Shown piece after piece: positions 8,957-17,240 of a stretch of DNA of 52,364 bases (positions within the stretch are counted from its first letter, which is position 1; each line of letters begins with the position of its first letter). The notes below the pieces were generated by a model. It made no database searches. It saw nothing but the letters and a program-made list of their open reading frames with translations, and had not been told where the DNA came from. The stretch covers positions 1 to 52,364 of the forward strand of contig JAITOC010000101.1 of the NCBI GenBank assembly GCA_031290175.1, written 5' to 3'. The DNA is from Coriobacteriales bacterium. Its GTDB lineage: Bacteria > Actinomycetota > Coriobacteriia > Coriobacteriales > UBA8131. The position numbers and the translations under genes are program-made.

Positions 8957-9505
8957 CTAGTTGGCCACACCGGTTGCCGGGTCAACGCCTGCTTGCGTGC
9001 CTGCCACAACGTTGTCAACCGGTTTAGCTACTTGCTCGGGCACGCTCTTCTCCGGCACAGGCGCTGACTCGGTAGCAACGGCCGAGGCTATGTCCGCCCC
9101 TGATGCTTCTGCATCGGACTTAAACTTACTCGTTACGCTATCAATCTGCCCACGAACAGCCTCACTGGCGGTGCTTACCTTATCAACGACGACCGGCATC
9201 TTGTCATTGATGACATCGCGTGCAGCCGCTGCATTCTTGGCAACCTGCTCGGCGATGAGGGTGCGAGCACTGTCAATCTTGTCGCGCATCTCGTCGGTCT
9301 TCTGATTGATTGTCGGCTGGAAGTCAGTGATACCCTGCTGTATCTTGGTTCTACTTTCCGTGTACAGAGTCTGACCCTTTCCCCAATACTCGTCGACCTT
9401 CTCAGCAACGACGGCACGACTCTCCTCGCCCGTCCGTGGGGCAAACAGCAAGCCGAGGGTCGCCCCCACAACACCACCGAATACGAAAGACGCAAACTTA
9501 CCCAT
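8957..9505 (-). CDS. YtxH domain-containing protein
   Basis: ATG at 9505 is preceded by GAGGAGG. The N-terminus MGKFASFVFGGVVGATLGLLFAPRTGEESR is the typical YtxH motif. The ORF-track start at 9592 lacks an RBS. Confidence 0.75.
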   Translation of the reverse strand: MGKFASFVFGGVVGATLGLLFAPRTGEESRAVVAEKVDEYWGKGQTLYTESRTKIQQGITDFQPTINQKTDEMRDKIDSARTLIAEQVAKNAAAARDVINDKMPVVVDKVSTASEAVRGQIDSVTSKFKSDAEASGADIASAVATESAPVPEKSVPEQVAKPVDNVVAGTQAGVDPATGVAN

Positions 9506-9739
9506 GGTAAACCTCCTCTTGCTAAAACCCTTTTCTTGAGCCGACCCCAGCGAAGAGGCCGGCACGTTATCTACAGCTTCTGAGCATACCACATCTGCCC
9601 ATCCTGCGCTGAACCTGTCGCGAAACAGTTGCCATAGACAGGCGACCCGATGCAGAATTCAAGCGCACCACACCGCGCAAAACGGCTCATGTAATTTGGG
9701 CGTAGGGAAACGCTAGACGCCGATTACGTGCTACCCACC

Positions 9740-9795
9740 CCGTCATTGCGGGCTTGACCCGCAATCTCCCTGCGCCTTCAATCCCGCAATGACGG
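9740..9795. repeat. REP-like palindromic element (three copies of the CCCGCAAT/ATTGCGGG octamer)
   Basis: Hairpin ATTGCGGG-cttga-CCCGCAAT (9745-9765). The outer inverted repeat is CCGTCATTGCGGG (9740-9752) with CCCGCAATGACGG (9783-9795). Confidence 0.5.
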
Positions 9796-9807
9796 ATCCA
9801 CACTCTG

Positions 9808-10428
9808 TTACTCCTTGTTTCCGTATATCCAAAAATCGCAACAGGTACTACCCTCGGCTAAAGTGTGTTCTCGCTTTAATACGCCGTGCATCATGCCAAG
9901 CATTGGATAGTCCTGAGCGCAGAGCGCAGGTAGAGCTTCCAAATAACCATTTTCTTTGCAAAAGTCGTGTAGAGGGCATTTTGTGAACACATAGCAAATC
10001 CCCTTATCATGTGCCTTGCTATCAATATAGCCTTCCCATTTATTTGAATAAGCCGCTCCTTTTTCTGCCAGCCATTTCATGTAAGCATTTGTTTTGCGCT
10101 CCAGTTTTTTCTTTGTCCATGTCCGGTTCAAATCAACAATGCTGAAAAGCCATTTCAACCGTCCTAGAATTTCCCCACATATTCCGGTCAGTTCTTCCGT
10201 TGAGAATCTCTTGTCTGTACCAAGCCAAAGAGCCAAAAACACCATGCCCATATAGACCATGTCTGTTAGGGTGTGTTTCCCTACATCCGGAAACTGCTGT
10301 AACAGGATTTTGTAGTGTTGTTTTATGTTTGGCATTGCAGTTTTCGCATACACCTTGCCATATCGTTTTATAAGAATCTTGCTGATAGTACCGGAGAATA
10401 ACATCCAGTAGGCAGTGTTGTTCTTCAT
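9808..10428 (-). CDS. L-2-amino-thiazoline-4-carboxylic acid (ATC) hydrolase family protein
   Basis: C-terminal pattern KCPLHDFCKENGYLEALPALCAQDYPMLG....LKREHTLAEGSTCCDFWIY is typical of this family. ATG at 10428 (the track uses TTG at 10434). Markedly AT-rich relative to its flanks. Confidence 0.65.
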   Translation of the reverse strand: MKNNTAYWMLFSGTISKILIKRYGKVYAKTAMPNIKQHYKILLQQFPDVGKHTLTDMVYMGMVFLALWLGTDKRFSTEELTGICGEILGRLKWLFSIVDLNRTWTKKKLERKTNAYMKWLAEKGAAYSNKWEGYIDSKAHDKGICYVFTKCPLHDFCKENGYLEALPALCAQDYPMLGMMHGVLKREHTLAEGSTCCDFWIYGNKE

Positions 10429-10434
10429 CGACAA

Positions 10435-11625
10435 TCAGTCTCCAAACTCATCTTCGCCCCTGTTTGGGGTGGGCGGCTGGTCGCGGTTGGGGTTCCTATT
10501 GAGCGCACCCTCGGAGCCGTGGTTGGGGCTCCTGTCGAGCACGCCCTCGAGCACGCCCTCGTGCTCTTCCTCAGGCTCATGGCTTGCGAGGCGCTTGGTT
10601 CTATCGCTCGGGAGTTCTCTTTTCGAGAAGCTTTTGGTGCGGTGGATGAGCACGGCGCCGATGACAAAGGGCATCCAGAAGACGATACCCCGGTAGGTCA
10701 GCGCGATGGCGGTTGCCGTTGTGGCGCCAACCTTATAGGCTGCAAGCCCAAAGACGATCATCGCCTCCACAACGCCTACACCTTGCGGCGTGATGGCAAT
10801 CCAGGAGAAGAGGGTTGCGATAACATAGCCTCCAACGAGCGCGTGCGGCTCAGAGAGTCCAAACGCCACGCCCACGCAGCAGAAACAGGCAAGTTCGAAG
10901 GTGCTCGCCAGGATGGAGAACAGAAAGACGCGGGTCGATTGCCAGGGATGACTCCTGATGTTACCCGCTGCTTCAGAAAACGACTCCACCACGTTATCGA
11001 CCCAGGGTCTGACCTCTCTGCCCTTGCGAAAACGCTGAGAAAGGTGGTTCACCAGGCGCTCGAGCGGACGCAGCAGGCCCGTCAGGATATCGGGGTTCCT
11101 GCGCCCCATATACAGGATGGTCACCATGACACCGGCGAAGAAAACAACCACCATACCGAGCATGAACCAGAGCACGGAGAGTCGTCCTGCCAATTGCAGA
11201 ATGGTAAACCCGACACACATGATGACGATGAAGCCGGTGATGACCGATATCTGCATGAGGAGTGCGGCACTGGTGGCCCTGCCTGCCGGAACGCCGCGCT
11301 TGCGGGCGCTGTCGATAACGAGCATGACACCTGCGGTATTGAATGACGGGGCGATGACATTGACAAAGTAAGAGCCAAATACGAGTGGCAGCATGGTTCG
11401 CGCTCGCGTTGACTCGCCCACAACGGCAAAGGCCTCGGCATAGGCATAGGACTGGCTGATATATTTACCAAACTGCAAGGCAACGGCAAAAACAAGTGGA
11501 ATAAGGTCACCACCCTCCATCGTCTGGCCGAGTTCAAGGAGTTGATCTCCTCTGAGCCAGAGCACACTGAGTGCAACGATGATGACGATACCTATAGCGA
11601 GTGTGCGTAGATTCGCAAAACGCAC
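10435..11625 (-). CDS. flippase-like / lysylphosphatidylglycerol-synthase TM-region (UPF0104) family membrane protein
   Basis: 396 aa, about 8 TM helices with the typical N-terminal layout (..L.G.L..L.........P.........L...Y....Y), and a hydrophilic acidic C-terminal tail. Confidence 0.6.
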   Translation of the reverse strand: MRFANLRTLAIGIVIIVALSVLWLRGDQLLELGQTMEGGDLIPLVFAVALQFGKYISQSYAYAEAFAVVGESTRARTMLPLVFGSYFVNVIAPSFNTAGVMLVIDSARKRGVPAGRATSAALLMQISVITGFIVIMCVGFTILQLAGRLSVLWFMLGMVVVFFAGVMVTILYMGRRNPDILTGLLRPLERLVNHLSQRFRKGREVRPWVDNVVESFSEAAGNIRSHPWQSTRVFLFSILASTFELACFCCVGVAFGLSEPHALVGGYVIATLFSWIAITPQGVGVVEAMIVFGLAAYKVGATTATAIALTYRGIVFWMPFVIGAVLIHRTKSFSKRELPSDRTKRLASHEPEEEHEGVLEGVLDRSPNHGSEGALNRNPNRDQPPTPNRGEDEFGD

Positions 11626-11632
11626 CAGTCTG

Positions 11633-12415
11633 TTACCCCCTTATCAAGGGTGGTTCGGGATCCGCATGCTCCACAAGCTCAAGCTGCTCCACGTATTCCG
11701 CATGCTCCACGTATTCCTCGCGTTTTGGCTGCTCTATCTGTTCTGCGGGTTTCGCTGATTTCGCCTGTTCTGCACGCCTTGCTTGCTCTTCGCGTCTCGC
11801 CTGCTCGGCATACTCCGCATATTTTGCCTGCTCTGCGTCCTCCGCCTGCTCTGCCTCTTCCGCTTGCTTTGTAAGCGCATGAGCACGTTGTGTGCGGACT
11901 TCCTGCAAGCGATTTTGCCGTGTCTCAAACGAAGCCGCGAACATCGGTAAGAGAAGCATAAGAAAGACGGCAAGCGCAAACGATATCGAGAAGCCATCGA
12001 ACAAAGCCATAGGGGCATCGAACTCCGAGGTTAAGAATAGAACGAGCGATGTCTCTGCGACAATACAGATTGCCCCTAAAAATACCCAGTAGTTTACGTA
12101 CAAGGCCTTTTCTTTTGGAATGCGCTTCAGCTTCTCATCATATTTCCTGTCACGACGGTCGATGAAGAGCTTGATGAAGAGAATCACGAAGAGGATGGCC
12201 ACAAGGATGAAGCACAGCAGATTGATAAGCGACCAGCTGACCGTGTTTTCCGGCGCAACGAGCGGAATATCAGGACTGTTTAGCGTCGTGGTTCCATCAT
12301 CTGCAAAGACCCCCAGCGGCAGAATAAACAAAAACGACACATGCATGGCGACAATCGCAGCGAACACCTTGGACGATAGACCCATTGCTTTGCTGCTCCT
12401 CTTTCCCCTCTTCAT
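11633..12415 (-). CDS. hypothetical membrane protein with a charged AEQA-repeat cytoplasmic tail
   Basis: ATG at 12415 with GGGGAG upstream. Signal/anchor sequence MKRGKRSSKAMGLSSKVFAAIVAMHVSFLFILPLGVFA, 3 further TM helices, and a C-terminal low-complexity stretch (AEEAEQAEDAEQAKYAEYAEQARREEQARRAEQAK). Confidence 0.6.
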   Translation of the reverse strand: MKRGKRSSKAMGLSSKVFAAIVAMHVSFLFILPLGVFADDGTTTLNSPDIPLVAPENTVSWSLINLLCFILVAILFVILFIKLFIDRRDRKYDEKLKRIPKEKALYVNYWVFLGAICIVAETSLVLFLTSEFDAPMALFDGFSISFALAVFLMLLLPMFAASFETRQNRLQEVRTQRAHALTKQAEEAEQAEDAEQAKYAEYAEQARREEQARRAEQAKSAKPAEQIEQPKREEYVEHAEYVEQLELVEHADPEPPLIRG

Positions 12416-12609
12416 GTTTTCTCCCCACTTTCTTCCAAACACAAATGCCGAAGTTAACAAGTGCTTCCCCCTAAATCGCTCTTGATAGTATCCCGCTTTC
12501 TGGCAGAGAATGCCACCTTTCGTTCTACAATTGTTTCAGTTCACAGAGTCAGGAGGCTGTAACCTACATTTTCCCTGATTGCACTGAATCCGTGACACGG
12601 GCACCTTCC

Positions 12610-12803
12610 GTTTCTGTTCAGAGGGCCAGTGGGCTGGCAAGGAAGCTCCGCACCCGATGCTCATTTCTCTGCATTCAGCGCGAGAACCCCGAATAGCTAT
12701 GAGGGTTCAAGCTCTTATCCGGTCGGCTCGCGCTAGCGAATGCACAGCACTGAGCATCTGCTCCACGATTCCTTGCCAGCCCACTGGCCCTCTGAACAGA
12801 AAC
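12610..12803. mobile_element. MITE-like non-autonomous element (194 bp) with perfect 35-bp terminal inverted repeats
   Basis: IR-L GTTTCTGTTCAGAGGGCCAGTGGGCTGGCAAGGAA (12610-12644) is the exact reverse complement of 12769-12803. It is flanked by the direct repeat CACCTTCC at 12602-12609 and 12804-12811. The interior is also partly palindromic and has no credible ORF. Confidence 0.6.
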
Positions 12804-12840
12804 CACCTTCCACCCCGCCCACACACTCTGTGCCCGGCGT

Positions 12841-12868
12841 TTGACAAACGGATTTGGGCATCTATAAT
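12841..12868 (+). promoter_or_regulatory. sigma-70-type promoter of the trp operon
   Basis: TTGACA (12841-12846), 16-nt spacer, TATAAT (12863-12868); both hexamers are perfect consensus. Confidence 0.6.
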
Positions 12869-12894
12869 GGGCGACAACCGAATAATTTAAACCG

Positions 12895-13147
12895 TTGATG
12901 TGGAAGTAACGGCGGGAGATGCACTTACAGAGAGCCGGGGCGTTGAGAATCCGGCAGTACGCAGCCAGTCAAATGGGCCACGGAGGGCGCGACAAACGGC
13001 AGAAGCCCAGTAGTTTGCGACGTAGGACCAGCGTAAAGGGTCGGGGATATGATGGTATCCCGTAAGAGCGGGCGCAAGGCGCCCGAAACAAGGTGGCACC
13101 GCGGATGATGAGTCCGTCCTTGACAGCAGTCGAGGGCGGATTTTTTG
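12895..13147 (+). promoter_or_regulatory. T-box leader (tRNA-Trp specifier) controlling trpEGDCFBA
   Basis: K-turn-like UUGAUG; AGAGAG box (about 12929); AGUA after the distal stem; candidate specifier UGG (12974-12976) followed by a purine; T-box core AAGGTGGCACCGCGG (13090-13104); then the terminator hairpin. Confidence 0.75.
13113..13146 (+). terminator. intrinsic terminator (attenuator) of the T-box leader
   Basis: Stem TCCGTCCT (13113-13120) pairs with AGGGCGGA (13133-13140) and is followed by TTTTTT (13141-13146). Confidence 0.65.
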
Positions 13148-13224
13148 TTGGCACGTGAGATGCCTGCACACTACCTGCAATCGACCAAGTGCACAATCGC
13201 GCTCGTTGAAGAAAGGTGGAGAAC

Positions 13225-14700
13225 ATGCAATCTCACGATGAGTCAGGGTTTGATGAGCTACGCCGCTCTGCGCAGGGATTTAAAGCGGTGCCAGTGTATC
13301 GCACGTTACCCGAGGATACGCGCGACCCCCTGGAGTTGTTCAGGGTGCTCAAGCGCTTGAGCAGACATTGCTACCTCTTTGAGAGCTTAGAGGATCCCGA
13401 GCAATGGGGGCGCTACACCTTTCTCGGTTATGACCCCAAGACCGAAATCACCTGCACGGACGGACTCTTGCATATCAAGAATGGCGCGACCATAGAGGTG
13501 CAGACGCGTGAGCCAGGGCGCTACATCGCGCAGGTTCTGGCAGACTATACGACTTTGCAACTCCCCGACCTGCCGCCATTCACTGGTGGGCTCGTGGGGT
13601 ACTTCGGCTACGATTACATCAAATACATCGAGCCCTCCCTTGACCTTGATGCCCGCGACGAGGAGGGCTTCAAGGATGTTGACCTCATGCTTTTTGACAA
13701 GGTCATCGCCTACGACCACCTCAAACACTGCATCTATCTCATTGCAACGGTTCGCACCGATGCCCTGGAGGAGAACTACCACAAGGCGCAGCGCGAGCTC
13801 GACGCGATGGCACAGCTCGTCACGGAGGGCGAGGCGCTGACCGTTGAGCCCCTGCGCCTCACAGGTCCCTTTGAGGCGTTGTTCGACGAACCCCAGTACT
13901 GTGCGATGGTAAAGCGCGCCAAACACGCTATCTGCGAGGGTGACATCTTTCAGGTCGTGCTCTCCAACCGGCTGGTGGCGCCCGCAACGGGCAGCTTGTT
14001 CGACACCTACCGAGTGCTGCGTCGCATCAACCCCTCCCCCTATATGTTCTACTTCGCGAGCGACGATATCGAGATTGCCGGCGCCTCGCCCGAGACCCTT
14101 GCCCGGCTGGTCGATGGGGTGGCCTACACCTTTCCGCTGGCTGGCACCAGGCCCCGTGGCGCAACGCCCGAGGAGGATGCCACGCTCGAACGTGACCTGC
14201 TTGCCGACACCAAAGAGCTCGCCGAACATAACATGCTTGTAGACCTAGGACGCAACGACATCGGCAAAGTAAGCGCCTTTGGTACGGTGACAGTCGAGGA
14301 CTACCTCAGCATCGAGCGCTTCTCCCACGTCATGCACATCGGCTCCACGGTGCAGGGGACACTGGCTGCGGATAAGACCGCGCTCGACGTGATTGATGCC
14401 ATTCTGCCCGCCGGAACGTTGAGCGGTGCCCCCAAGATACGCGCCTGCGAGATCATCAACGAGCTTGAAGACAACAAGCGCGGCATCTACGGCGGCGCGA
14501 TTGGCTACCTCGCGTTTTCCGGCAACATGGACACCTGTATCGCGATACGCCTTGCGTTCAAGAAGAACGGGCGCGTCTTTGTGCGCTCGGGTGCCGGCAT
14601 TGTTGCCGACAGCGTGCCTGCAACCGAGTACGCCGAGTGCCGCAACAAGATGCAGGCCGTGATCGACGCGCTGCACGAGGCCGAAGGCGGCAAGCTATGA
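13225..14700 (+). CDS. trpE: anthranilate synthase component I
   Basis: Chorismate-binding signatures (GDIFQVVLS, SPSPYMFY, GAIGY). ATG at 13225 follows AAGGTGGAG; the track opens at GTG 13216. Confidence 0.95.
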   Translation: MQSHDESGFDELRRSAQGFKAVPVYRTLPEDTRDPLELFRVLKRLSRHCYLFESLEDPEQWGRYTFLGYDPKTEITCTDGLLHIKNGATIEVQTREPGRYIAQVLADYTTLQLPDLPPFTGGLVGYFGYDYIKYIEPSLDLDARDEEGFKDVDLMLFDKVIAYDHLKHCIYLIATVRTDALEENYHKAQRELDAMAQLVTEGEALTVEPLRLTGPFEALFDEPQYCAMVKRAKHAICEGDIFQVVLSNRLVAPATGSLFDTYRVLRRINPSPYMFYFASDDIEIAGASPETLARLVDGVAYTFPLAGTRPRGATPEEDATLERDLLADTKELAEHNMLVDLGRNDIGKVSAFGTVTVEDYLSIERFSHVMHIGSTVQGTLAADKTALDVIDAILPAGTLSGAPKIRACEIINELEDNKRGIYGGAIGYLAFSGNMDTCIAIRLAFKKNGRVFVRSGAGIVADSVPATEYAECRNKMQAVIDALHEAEGGKL

Positions 14701-14802
14701 ACGCCTGCTGCGTCGATGCTTGTCATAGCAGTGCCCGTTACATAGACACCAGTTGCGTCGGTGCCCACCACGCCGCAACCAGACGTGAAGAAGGGAGTCA
14801 CG

Positions 14803-15381
14803 ATGATACTGTTGGTTGATAACTATGACAGCTTCTCCTACAACCTTTACCAGATGGTTGGGGTGCTGGATCCACACATCATGGTGCTGCGCAACAACGA
14901 AGCCACCGTCGAGCGCGTGGAGGAACTCCAGCCGTCACACCTCATCCTGTCGCCTGGACCCGGGAGACCGGAGAATGCGGGGTGCTGCCCTGAGCTTATC
15001 CGCAGCTTCGCAGGGCGGGTGCCGCTGCTGGGCGTATGCCTGGGGCATCAGGCGATCTGCCAGGTATTTGGGGCACAGATTACGTATGCACGCGAGCTCA
15101 TGCACGGCAAGACCTCCCAGGTGGAGCTCGACACCAGCTCGACTCTGTTTCGCGGACTGCCGGAGCACATCACAGGGGGGCGCTATCATTCGCTGGTTGC
15201 AGAGGCTTCCACCATTCCCGCCTGTCTACGCGTGACGGCGCGGGCAGACGATGGCACCGTCATGGCCGTTGAGCATGTGCACGACCCTGTGTACGGCCTG
15301 CAGTTCCATCCCGAGTCGATACTAACACCACAGGGCAACAGCATCCTATCTAATTTTCTGGGAGAAAGAAGCGAGCGATGA
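14803..15381 (+). CDS. trpG: anthranilate synthase component II (glutamine amidotransferase)
   Basis: MILLVDNYDSFSYNLYQ, catalytic GVCLGHQ, and the HPES motif. RBS AAGGGAG before the ATG at 14803. Confidence 0.9.
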   Translation: MILLVDNYDSFSYNLYQMVGVLDPHIMVLRNNEATVERVEELQPSHLILSPGPGRPENAGCCPELIRSFAGRVPLLGVCLGHQAICQVFGAQITYARELMHGKTSQVELDTSSTLFRGLPEHITGGRYHSLVAEASTIPACLRVTARADDGTVMAVEHVHDPVYGLQFHPESILTPQGNSILSNFLGERSER

Positions 15382-16385
15382 TAAAAGAAGCGATTGTGCG
15401 GGCGGCAAGGCGGGAGAATATCGGATATGAACTGGCCGAGGAGGTGATGGATGAGATCATGGGGGGCAGCGCGACCGATATCCAGATGGCAGCATATCTC
15501 ACCGCCATGGCGGTCAAAGGTGAGACAATCGAAGAGATCACCGGCTCGGCAGCAGGGATGCGTACCCACTGCATACGACTGCTGCACGACATGGATGTAC
15601 TCGAGATCGTGGGAACGGGAGGCGACCGGTCCTTCTCGTTTAACATCTCGACCACCTCGGCGCTGGTCATCAGCGCAGCGGGAATCCCCGTGGCAAAACA
15701 CGGCAACCGTGCGGCAACCTCGAAGAGCGGTGCTGCCGACGTACTGGAAGCGCTAGGCGTCGATATCGCGGTGCCTCCGGAGAAGAGTCTGGAGTTGCTC
15801 CAATCAATAAACCTTTGCTTCCTGTTTGCCCAGAACTACCACATTGCCATGAAATATGTGGCACCGGTGCGCAAAGAGCTGGGAATACGCACAATCTTCA
15901 ACATTCTGGGACCACTGGTAAACCCCGCCGGCGCCAACCGCGAGTTGCTGGGCGTCTATGAAGAGGCTATGGTCGAGCCTCTGGCTCAGGTGCTGTGTAA
16001 CCTGGGTGTTACCGATGCGCTCGTGGTCTTTGGGCAAGACGGACTCGATGAGATTTCGATGAGCGCACCCACCAGCGTGTGCGAGGTGCGAAAGGGAAGC
16101 TTCAGTTCATATGAGATCGCGCCGGAGGATTTTGGGTTGACGCGCTGCCAGAAGGAGGATCTCGTGGGCGGTACACCGCAGGAGAACGCGGCTATCACGC
16201 GTGCCATACTCGCAGGTGAACAAGGTGCACGGCGCGATGCCGTCTTGCTCAACTCGGCGGCAGCCATCTACATCGCACGCCCCGAGTTCACCCTGGCGCA
16301 GGCTCTGGGTGTCGCACGAGAGACCATCGACAGCGGTGCCGCTTCAGAACAGCTTGACCGTTTTGTAAGACTGTCGAATAAGTAA
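15378..16385 (+). CDS. trpD: anthranilate phosphoribosyltransferase
   Basis: GTGGD, NISTTSA and KHGNRA motifs. ATGA overlap with trpG. Confidence 0.95.
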   Translation: MIKEAIVRAARRENIGYELAEEVMDEIMGGSATDIQMAAYLTAMAVKGETIEEITGSAAGMRTHCIRLLHDMDVLEIVGTGGDRSFSFNISTTSALVISAAGIPVAKHGNRAATSKSGAADVLEALGVDIAVPPEKSLELLQSINLCFLFAQNYHIAMKYVAPVRKELGIRTIFNILGPLVNPAGANRELLGVYEEAMVEPLAQVLCNLGVTDALVVFGQDGLDEISMSAPTSVCEVRKGSFSSYEIAPEDFGLTRCQKEDLVGGTPQENAAITRAILAGEQGARRDAVLLNSAAAIYIARPEFTLAQALGVARETIDSGAASEQLDRFVRLSNK

Positions 16386-16394
16386 GGAGCGACC

Positions 16395-17240
16395 ATGACG
16401 ATTCTGGACAAGATCGTGCGCGCCACACATAAACGCGTTGAGCTCCGCAAAGAAGAGGTGCTGCTCGACGTATTGCAGCAGAGGCTCGAAGCGCTTGCTA
16501 CCACCAGCGGGTATCCCTTTGAACGCGCGCTCGCAGCAGATGATGACATCGCGTTTATCTGCGAAGTCAAGAAGGCGTCCCCCTCCAAAGGAGTCATCGT
16601 GGAGGACTTTCCGTATCTTGCAATCGCCCGCGCCTATGAGCAGGCGGGAGCGGCGGCGATCTCGGTGCTCACCGAGCCGCAGTTCTTCCAAGGGTCGCCG
16701 CACTACCTGCAAGAGATTGCCGCAGCCGTGGACGTGCCACTGCTCTGCAAAGACTTCATCGTGGATCTCTATCAGGTGTATGAGGCAAAAACGCTGGGTG
16801 CACAGGCGGTGTTGCTTATTGCAAGCCTTTTTGAAGAGCAGGAGCTCGCCAGCTTTGTGGCACACACGCATGACCTTGGCATGAGCGCGCTTGTTGAGGT
16901 GCATACGGGCGCCGAGGTGCAGTACGCTCTGGCTGCGGGTGCACGCGTCATCGGCGTCAATAACCGCGACCTTGCGACCTTTGAGGTCGATCTCAACACG
17001 AGCCTGCGGCTGCGCGAGCAGGTTCCTCCCCCGGTGCTCTTTGTGAGCGAGAGCGGCATCCACTCCCCCGCCGACGTACAACGCCTGCGCGACCACGGGG
17101 TCGATGCCGTCCTCGTAGGCGAAAGCCTCATGCGTGCTGCGGATAAACGCAGGTTCCTGGCGGAGCTGCGCGGTGAGGTTGCAGGGCTCACAGGGGTTGT
17201 GTCTGCTGAACCCAGTGAACAGAAACGAGGTGAGGCGTGA
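16395..17240 (+). CDS. trpC: indole-3-glycerol-phosphate synthase
   Basis: ICEVKKASPSKG, LTEPQFFQG, NNRDL and ESGI motifs. Confidence 0.95.
   Translation: MTILDKIVRATHKRVELRKEEVLLDVLQQRLEALATTSGYPFERALAADDDIAFICEVKKASPSKGVIVEDFPYLAIARAYEQAGAAAISVLTEPQFFQGSPHYLQEIAAAVDVPLLCKDFIVDLYQVYEAKTLGAQAVLLIASLFEEQELASFVAHTHDLGMSALVEVHTGAEVQYALAAGARVIGVNNRDLATFEVDLNTSLRLREQVPPPVLFVSESGIHSPADVQRLRDHGVDAVLVGESLMRAADKRRFLAELRGEVAGLTGVVSAEPSEQKRGEA

Noticed and set aside
12657-12890. 77-aa ORF spanning the right half of the MITE-like element.
   Set aside because: It has no RBS, crosses the inverted-repeat boundary and the trp promoter, and has a non-protein-like composition. It is better explained as non-coding.
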